Of a DNA stretch of 42,248 nucleotides, positions 36,931 to 42,248 are shown piece by piece. A model generated the notes under the pieces. The model was not told the origin of the DNA. It did no database searches and was given only the letters and a program-made list of their open reading frames with translations. This stretch comes from a virus: the IMG/VR virus record IMGVR_UViG_3300014546_000001; one strand, 5' to 3'. Within the stretch, counting starts at the first letter, position 1. Every line of letters begins with the position of its first letter. A program made the position numbers and the translations under genes.

Positions 36931-37337
36931 GCGCCCGCTTTTAATTTCTCAACAAAATTGATAGCATCACCAAGCCCGCGCCAAATTGTATACTCAAAGC
37001 CTAGTGCCAGGACTTTCTGTTCAAATTCCCGTTGCGTGTCCGATTGCCTGCCGGTTGCGGTTTTTATCTCTACAAAATAGGTTTTTCCGGCGTGCAGGAT
37101 AATTAAATCGGAAACACCGGAACGAACGCCCTCGGCTTTTAATTTTGCCGCGACAACCGGATTCCGCCACCCGCCATTAGGAACGGCAAAAAAAGTAAAA
37201 TCTTTGTGCGCGTTTTCAACAAGCTTTAAATATTGTGCAATGGTGCACTGTATTTTGTGTTCTTCATCGTGTGGCTTTTGGCGCACGTTAAGCCCGCTTT
37301 TTTTTAGTTCCAGCGCCCAAGGGTTATTTTTTGGCAT
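36927..37337 (-). CDS. VRR-NUC domain nuclease
   Basis: The PD-(D/E)xK core is SDLIILHAGKTYFVEIKT. The C-terminal stop is embedded in cassette site B. Confidence 0.6.
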   Translation of the reverse strand: MPKNNPWALELKKSGLNVRQKPHDEEHKIQCTIAQYLKLVENAHKDFTFFAVPNGGWRNPVVAAKLKAEGVRSGVSDLIILHAGKTYFVEIKTATGRQSDTQREFEQKVLALGFEYTIWRGLGDAINFVEKLKAGA

Positions 37338-37485
37338 AATCTATCCTTTTATAAAATAAAACCCCTCTATCGTAAAATAAAGGGGGCTTTGTGTAGGTAT
37401 GGTTTGTTAAGATAATAATATGGTGATATATACTTTTTGGATGAACTATATGGAAAAAAATAATTATACCGCCTCTTATGTTAGC

Positions 37486-37743
37486 TTATTTTTCCGGTTT
37501 GTCAACATCAAATAAAGAAAACTGAACTTTCTCTGCCTTTTTTATCTTTTCTTCATCACGGACGGTTGCTCCGATAATGAAGTCTTTAACTGTTATAAGC
37601 GTGCATAAAATCTGCTCCATAACTTCAATCTGATAATCGGCGTCCTTTTGGCTGATTTTCTTTATTTCCACCCAACGCGGGTATAGCTTGCGCCTATACT
37701 CAAGCTCCCGCCGGATTGCCGCTATTTGCTCATTTATTGTCAT
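37486..37743 (-). CDS. hypothetical protein
   Basis: ATGA-coupled to the downstream gene. Confidence 0.4.
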   Translation of the reverse strand: MTINEQIAAIRRELEYRRKLYPRWVEIKKISQKDADYQIEVMEQILCTLITVKDFIIGATVRDEEKIKKAEKVQFSLFDVDKPEK

Positions 37744-38660
37744 TTTTTAGCCTCGTCTTTGTTGTTTTCCGGTTGCAGTGTCTGATTAAATAACGGCTCT
37801 GGTTCTTCAAAATTAACTCCGGGTTTGCCGCTTTCGTCATCGTCAAGCTGAATATTGCCGTAATCAATCGGCATATTTTCAAGCCCGGCGGTTAAGTCTT
37901 GATTGTCAACATATTCAATTTTTCCGTCTTTTTCTGCCGATTCGTCTTTTATAAAGCCGGTTTGCATTTCAAGCGACATTATACCCCACTTGCCTAAAAG
38001 CTGACGCAACATCGTTTTAAATGCCATTTGGTCAAAATTTTTACTCCAAAAGCTCTCTTTTTTATCGGCTTTTAAATCGTATTTATAGCTCTGCGAATAG
38101 GTTTTGGCGTGTTCTTCCATTTTGGACTTGCTCCAGTATAGTGTTTTTTTAAACCCGTTTAAAAGCTCAAAATATGCCATATATCCGATGACTTCCCGCT
38201 TTTCCCGCTCTTCTTCATCAGCAATAAAGGAAAACAAAAACTTTCCGGTGTATTTGTCGCGTCCCAAAAATTCGCCTTGCCGCACTTCCATAACGTCTAA
38301 ATCCGCATATTGCCCGGAACGCAAGGCGAGCTGGATATATCCTTTATATCCAAGTTGAAAAGTTGCCACAACCCGGAGTAAATTGCCTTTCTTGTCTTTT
38401 TCCTTAAACGGGACAATGTAGTAATACCCAAGCTGCGGACTCGGTGCAAGGTTTAAGCTTTCCCCGGTTAATCCTGCTGCAAATATTGTTGAATGTTCGC
38501 AAGCCGCAAGCTGCGGGTTTGTTGACACTGCCGAAACAATGTGCGTAATAAATGATTGCCCGCGCTCTCCGCCTATAACATCGGCTACTTTTTGCTTTAC
38601 CGCTGTTGTTGCCATAAATGAAGAAAAGTTGCCGCTTTTTGCTGGTTTTTGTAAACTCAT
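37740..38660 (-). CDS. single-strand annealing protein (RecT/Red-beta-like, putative)
   Basis: 306 aa with an acidic C-terminal tail (DDDESGKPGVNFEEPEP), in a recombination context. Family assignment is tentative. Confidence 0.35.
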   Translation of the reverse strand: MSLQKPAKSGNFSSFMATTAVKQKVADVIGGERGQSFITHIVSAVSTNPQLAACEHSTIFAAGLTGESLNLAPSPQLGYYYIVPFKEKDKKGNLLRVVATFQLGYKGYIQLALRSGQYADLDVMEVRQGEFLGRDKYTGKFLFSFIADEEEREKREVIGYMAYFELLNGFKKTLYWSKSKMEEHAKTYSQSYKYDLKADKKESFWSKNFDQMAFKTMLRQLLGKWGIMSLEMQTGFIKDESAEKDGKIEYVDNQDLTAGLENMPIDYGNIQLDDDESGKPGVNFEEPEPLFNQTLQPENNKDEAKK

Positions 38661-38771
38661 TTTTTTACACTCCTTTAAAAAATGTTAGCGTTGAAACATA
38701 GTTAAATATATCCAGATTTTAAATAATGTAAAGATGTTTTTTTATTTTTTTAACAATGGCGTTATTGGACA

Positions 38772-38806
38772 ATAAAAAACAAGGCAGCCACCTGACAGCC
38801 GCCTTG
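38772..38806 (-). terminator. hairpin caaggc-N15-gccttg followed by TTTTTT on the - strand, downstream of 38871..39398
   Basis: Read directly. Confidence 0.4.
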
Positions 38807-38870
38807 CCCTTGTATAAACACTAACTATTTAAAAGAATGTGAAGTGACTAACAATTTCAACAATGATTGT

Positions 38871-39398
38871 TTACATCGCCTCAAGTTCTTTGTCAATCTC
38901 ATTTATGCGTTGTGCATAACTTTTCATTTTTTCAATCTGTTCGGCGTATTCCTCAACCGTAGCCCTGCCGGTAGCAATCTTAACGCCGATATAGTCCATT
39001 GAGCGAAGTTTGCCGTTTAATGCACTCTTTTCGTTTTCAAGGTTGTTTTTTTTCTTGTCAGCGTCATATTTTGCCTTTTCTTCATCCGTCATACTCTCGT
39101 AGTGGATTTTCTCAATATCGGCAACTTTTCGCACCGTGTAGCGGTTTTTCCAGCAGTCAATCGTATATTCGCCGCCGTTTTTATTGCACTCAATCGCACA
39201 AGCCGTATAAAGTGCATAACGTTCTTCTGTTTTATATTCATCGCTGCCGTTAAAGTGGTCTTCAAAAGAAACATCGTATTCCGTATAAGGCTTATTAAGC
39301 TTCATAACGGCAACTTTACCGTTGACAATATCAAAATCCGCCCACTCCGTATGTTTCGGATATTCCGGCGCTGCCGTTTTAATAACTTCATCAGTCAT
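38871..39398 (-). CDS. hypothetical protein with C-terminal coiled-coil
   Basis: AGGAG RBS. Confidence 0.45.
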   Translation of the reverse strand: MTDEVIKTAAPEYPKHTEWADFDIVNGKVAVMKLNKPYTEYDVSFEDHFNGSDEYKTEERYALYTACAIECNKNGGEYTIDCWKNRYTVRKVADIEKIHYESMTDEEKAKYDADKKKNNLENEKSALNGKLRSMDYIGVKIATGRATVEEYAEQIEKMKSYAQRINEIDKELEAM

Positions 39399-39472
39399 AA
39401 GTTTAAACTCCTATTTTTGGTTGCAACCGCTTTTATATTACCCGGTTTTCGGTTGTAGTCAATACGAATCGT

Positions 39473-39487
39473 ATAACGTCTATTATG
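39473..39487 (+). repeat. cassette junction site D
   Basis: tcgtATAACGTCTATTATGaatac; it is the start codon of ORF 39485..39835. Confidence 0.85.
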
Positions 39488-39835
39488 AATACAAGCACGT
39501 CTTTTGGCGTTCCTAATTATTCAACGGCGTCATCTGAAATTAAAATGAGTAACTATAATTCAACAAGTTCATATTGGACAGCCCCTTATAATTGTTTTGC
39601 AACATTTTATATAAAAAGCACTGGCGGTGCTGGTGATTCATTGTGGGCTATTTATGCACAAGCAAGTGGCTCTTCTGCTTGGAATAGAGCTGCGGGAGGC
39701 GGGAGCGGCACTTATTCAGCATTTGAGGGTGCTCAATTATTTTTTAAAGCGAACGATAAAATATATATGACTTTAAATCAATCCGCTTCTTTTAATAAAG
39801 TCTATATGACTTATTATCGTTTGACTTCTGCTTAA
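39485..39835 (+). CDS. alternative tail-fibre tip cassette 5 (116 aa)
   Basis: Begins at site D. Shares a WTAP(Y/S)N motif with cassette 4. The upstream frame is open for only 26 codons and has no ATG. Confidence 0.5.
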   Translation: MNTSTSFGVPNYSTASSEIKMSNYNSTSSYWTAPYNCFATFYIKSTGGAGDSLWAIYAQASGSSAWNRAAGGGSGTYSAFEGAQLFFKANDKIYMTLNQSASFNKVYMTYYRLTSA

Positions 39836-40125
39836 ATCTCTGGGGCAAACCACCCGGTTGTATTTTGATTATTTACTCCTGCTTTAAATTTGAAGTTATC
39901 CCCGGACGAAACAACAAAGAAAAACGGCAGTGCCAGTTGCAGATAGGCGCCGCCGGAAACAGTTTGGTCAAAAGCCGTTCCGTTTATATTTAAATCAATC
40001 AACTGATTGTCTAGACACACTACCCAACAGAAAAGATAACCGTTACTCGGAGCCGTCCAGTTTGCTAGTTGAGTATAAGTTAAATGCGTGGTTTTGTCAT
40101 AATTAGGACGTCCCCGAGTATTCAT
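39832..40125 (-). CDS. alternative tail-fibre tip cassette 4 (97 aa)
   Basis: Begins at site C; convergent with cassette 5, and the stops share TTAA at 39832-39835. Confidence 0.5.
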   Translation of the reverse strand: MNTRGRPNYDKTTHLTYTQLANWTAPSNGYLFCWVVCLDNQLIDLNINGTAFDQTVSGGAYLQLALPFFFVVSSGDNFKFKAGVNNQNTTGWFAPEI

Positions 40126-40137
40126 AATAGACGTTAT
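40123..40137 (-). repeat. cassette junction site C
   Basis: Reverse complement tcgtATAACGTCTATTATGaatac, identical to D over 24 nt; it is the start codon of ORF 39832..40125. Confidence 0.85.
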
Positions 40138-40229
40138 ACGACTCTCTGTGTATAAGTTTGAATTATATTGAAAAATACAAATTGAGCAAATAAATTTAAG
40201 ATAAAATTAACTATTCGCGAGGGGTAACA

Positions 40230-40721
40230 ATGGAAACAAAGTTCTGTAAAAAGTGCGGAAAAGAAAAGCCTGTATCCGAATTTATACCGAACGGACGATA
40301 TAGGTGCGGTTATCAAACGTATTGCCGAAAATGCACCAATGAATACCAGAAAATGCGCCGGCTTGGCAAGAGCGAGAAGAAAGTTTGCCGGATGTGTGGG
40401 CGCGAGTTGCCGATTAGTGCTTTCCCGAAAGATAAAGGATATAAAAGCGGACGCAGCAATCAATGTCGGGATTGCCAAAACAAGCAGCACCGCGAGGCGC
40501 TGGAAAGGCAAAAAGAGAATGGCTTTTGTTTGAGTGAAAAGGAAAGAAAAGAAAGGCAGGCAATAGCGGATTTTGAACAAAAGCTCGGCGGGTTTAAGGT
40601 GTCAATCTTAAATTATGCCAAAAACGGAGAATATAAATATACAGTCGCCAGCACAAAAGGCGACTTCTTTCAAACAAATTCAAAAGAAGAGTTTATCAAT
40701 TTCCTAAAAGAAAGGGCGTGA
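40230..40721 (+). CDS. zinc-ribbon protein (four CxxC pairs), possible regulator
   Basis: CKKCGK...CRKC...CRMCGR...CRDC. Confidence 0.45.
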   Translation: METKFCKKCGKEKPVSEFIPNGRYRCGYQTYCRKCTNEYQKMRRLGKSEKKVCRMCGRELPISAFPKDKGYKSGRSNQCRDCQNKQHREALERQKENGFCLSEKERKERQAIADFEQKLGGFKVSILNYAKNGEYKYTVASTKGDFFQTNSKEEFINFLKERA

Positions 40722-40724
40722 AAG

Positions 40725-41282
40725 ATGATTTACAAAAGTTCGGCTTATTATCCTTTTTTTCAAAAGATTTGCCAAGAGTTCGGCTGTGCCGTATCGGATT
40801 TGGAGAGTTCACGGCGCGGGCGACCGTATGTTCAGGCTAAAAGTGTTGCGATTCGGCTTTTAAGGCTTGCCGGGTTAAGCTATCCGCAAGTTGGGGCGAT
40901 ATTAGATAAAAACCACTCAACCGTTAGGCACGCAGATAGAAAATGCCAGAGTATACCGGAATTAAACGAAATGGCGCTGCAGTTTTATCTGCAGTTCCGG
41001 CAGATAGAGAGTCGCGCCGATGATGACCTTATTAAAAAAGAGATATTTAGAAACGAGCTTGACCGGGAGAGAATCGTAGAACTGTATAATAAAGGATTGC
41101 CTGTTGATAAAATTGCGGCAGAGCTTGAGGCAACCGTTGTTTATGTAGAAAATCATCTTAAATTTATAAGAAGTGTTTATCAAGTTAAAAAAGTCCCGGA
41201 TTATAAGACACATACGACCCGAGAAATATTTTTTCAAAAAAATCAAAAAAAAGTGTTGACAATATCAAAAAGTGTGATATAA
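40725..41282 (+). CDS. DnaA domain IV-like HTH protein
   Basis: RPYVQAKSVAIRLLRLAGLSYPQVGAILDKNHSTVRHADRK resembles the DnaA C-terminal DNA-binding domain (...R.IAMYL.R.....SL..IG..FG.RDHTTVLHA). Confidence 0.5.
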   Translation: MIYKSSAYYPFFQKICQEFGCAVSDLESSRRGRPYVQAKSVAIRLLRLAGLSYPQVGAILDKNHSTVRHADRKCQSIPELNEMALQFYLQFRQIESRADDDLIKKEIFRNELDRERIVELYNKGLPVDKIAAELEATVVYVENHLKFIRSVYQVKKVPDYKTHTTREIFFQKNQKKVLTISKSVI

Positions 41283-41330
41283 ATGACCGTGTAAACAGGT
41301 AAACACCAATTTAAAGGGAGAAAAAAAATA

Positions 41331-41561
41331 ATGTTTGAAGAAATAACAACAATTTCGGAATGCGAGGAGAAAATCGCAGAGCAAAAACGGCAAATTCGGC
41401 TTAATGAAATCGCCAACGATAGCTATTATTTAAGTAATCAGCGCAAGGAAGATGAGCAGGAATTAAATGCGCTTGAACGTCGTTTGCGCGAGCTCAAAGA
41501 ACAAGAAGACGAGCCGTCTTTACTGGACTTATGCAAGGAATTAAAGGAGATGGCACAATGA
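41331..41561 (+). CDS. small acidic coiled-coil protein
   Basis: GGGAG RBS; ATGA overlap with the next gene. Confidence 0.4.
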   Translation: MFEEITTISECEEKIAEQKRQIRLNEIANDSYYLSNQRKEDEQELNALERRLRELKEQEDEPSLLDLCKELKEMAQ

Positions 41562-42248
41562 AACTTAAAGAATATTTGATAAAAGCCGGAATAAATTTTG
41601 AAGAGAAAGATGGAGCAATTACCGTCGGAGGTTCGCTTTACCTACGCAACACGGGGATAACGAGCCTGCCGGATAACCTGACCGTCGGCGGGTGGCTTGA
41701 CCTAAGCAAAACGGGGATTACGAGCCTGCCGGATAACCTGACCGTCGGCGGGTGGCTTGACCTAAGCAGCACGGGAATTACGAGCCTGCCGGATAACCTG
41801 ACCGTCGGCGGGTGGCTTGGCCTAAGCAACACGGGAATTACGAGCCTGCCGGATAACCTGACCGTCGGCGGGTGGCTTTACCTAAGCAACACGGGAATTA
41901 CGAGCCTGCCGGATAACCTGACCGTCGGCGGGTGGCTTGACCTAAGCAACACGGGAATTACGAGCCTGCCGGATAACCTGACCGTCGGAGGGGGGCTTTA
42001 CCTAAGCAACACGGGGATAACGAGCCTGCCGGATAACCTGACCGTCGGAGGTTCGCTTTACCTAAGCAACACGGGAATTACGAGCCTGCCGGATAACCTG
42101 ACCGTCGGCGGGGGGCTTGACCTAAGCAACACGGGGATAACGAGCCTGCCGGATAACCTGACCGTCGGCGGGTGGCTTTACCTAAGCAGCACGGGAATTA
42201 CGAGCCTGCCGGATAACCTGACCGTCGGCGGGTGGCTTGACCTAAGCA
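41558..42248 (+). CDS. N-terminal part of leucine-rich-repeat protein (runs off the window end; continues at 1..621)
   Basis: MKLKEYLIKAGINFEEKDGAITVGGSLYLRNTGITSLPDNLTVGGWLDLSKTGITSLP.... 20-aa units with an LxLxxTxIxxLPxxLxxxxx spacing. Confidence 0.65.
   Translation, partial: MKLKEYLIKAGINFEEKDGAITVGGSLYLRNTGITSLPDNLTVGGWLDLSKTGITSLPDNLTVGGWLDLSSTGITSLPDNLTVGGWLGLSNTGITSLPDNLTVGGWLYLSNTGITSLPDNLTVGGWLDLSNTGITSLPDNLTVGGGLYLSNTGITSLPDNLTVGGSLYLSNTGITSLPDNLTVGGGLDLSNTGITSLPDNLTVGGWLYLSSTGITSLPDNLTVGGWLDLS
41621..42248. repeat. about 10.5 tandem copies of a 60-bp repeat (20-aa LRR-like unit)
   Basis: Direct repeats with substitutions confined to a few codon positions: D/Y/G, N/S/K, W/G/S, and gga att versus ggg ata. 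Confidence 0.95.

Noticed and set aside
34570-40137. Diversity-generating retroelement as the source of tip variation
   Set aside because: There is no reverse transcriptase, no template/variable repeat pair, and no adenine-specific mismatch pattern. Variation is organised as discrete cassettes with identical junction sites.
41638-41832. ORF on the - strand with a repetitive PTVRLSGRLVIPVLLRSSHP product
   Set aside because: It is the antisense reading of the 60-bp LRR repeat array. The + frame is ATGA-coupled to the upstream gene and continues to a stop at 621.
41621-42248. Possible CRISPR array (regular 60-bp repeats)
   Set aside because: The units are contiguous with no unique spacers. They lie in frame inside a protein-coding gene, and no cas genes are present. 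It is a coding tandem repeat.

Overview
The window looks like a complete, circularly closed genome of a contractile-tailed dsDNA phage, about 42.2 kb.

Genome closure and boundary gene:
- The first 55 nt are identical to the last 55 nt.
- A gene built from a 60-bp tandem repeat runs off the right end and continues in frame at position 1.

Gene content on the + strand, left to right:
- An accessory/anti-restriction block: C5-cytosine methyltransferase, HTH protein, Dps-like protein, GNAT, MazG-like protein, and a Dam-like N6-adenine methyltransferase.
- Small and large terminase, portal, and a Mu-F/SPP1-gp7-like head morphogenesis protein.
- A cluster of small membrane proteins with spanin-like genes, and an RNase H.
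- Protease/scaffold, capsid, sheath, tube, chaperone pair, tape measure and baseplate genes. The baseplate block is split: part lies before and part after the replication cassette.
- A tail fibre and late regulatory/Zn-ribbon/DnaA-domain-IV-like genes.

Blocks on the - strand:
- Lysozyme, small proteins and a PD-(D/E)xK nuclease.
- A replication cassette with a DnaB-family helicase and a partner protein, flanked by large non-coding regions.
- A recombination block with a VRR-NUC nuclease and a putative RecT-like annealing protein.

Signals the plain gene list does not explain:
1. A multi-cassette tail-fibre tip system. A 15-bp identical core (ATAACGTCTATTATG) occurs five times in both orientations. 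Each copy sits exactly at the first codon of a different ~100-130 aa tip ORF; one copy is inside the tail fibre gene at the boundary of its C-terminal 108 aa. Flanking identity reaches 23-24 nt in some pairs. The tip ORFs are convergent pairs whose stops overlap on a palindromic TTAA. No recombinase is recognisable, and the cassettes are split by the recombination gene block. This looks like a shufflon or multiple-inversion tip-switching system.
2. A 288-aa intein inserted exactly in the conserved HP..N|CRC motif of the head morphogenesis protein. Its homing-endonuclease-like module (NUMOD1-like HTH, NUMOD3-like repeats, DUF559/Vsr-like PD-(D/E)xK) is encoded on the opposite strand and interrupted by one in-frame TAG, while the + frame stays open through it.
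3. A leucine-rich-repeat protein made of at least 11 near-identical 20-aa (60-bp) units, with variation confined to a few codons, that crosses the genome ends.
4. Thirteen in-frame 9-bp repeats (LQS/LQR) inside the Dam-like methyltransferase.
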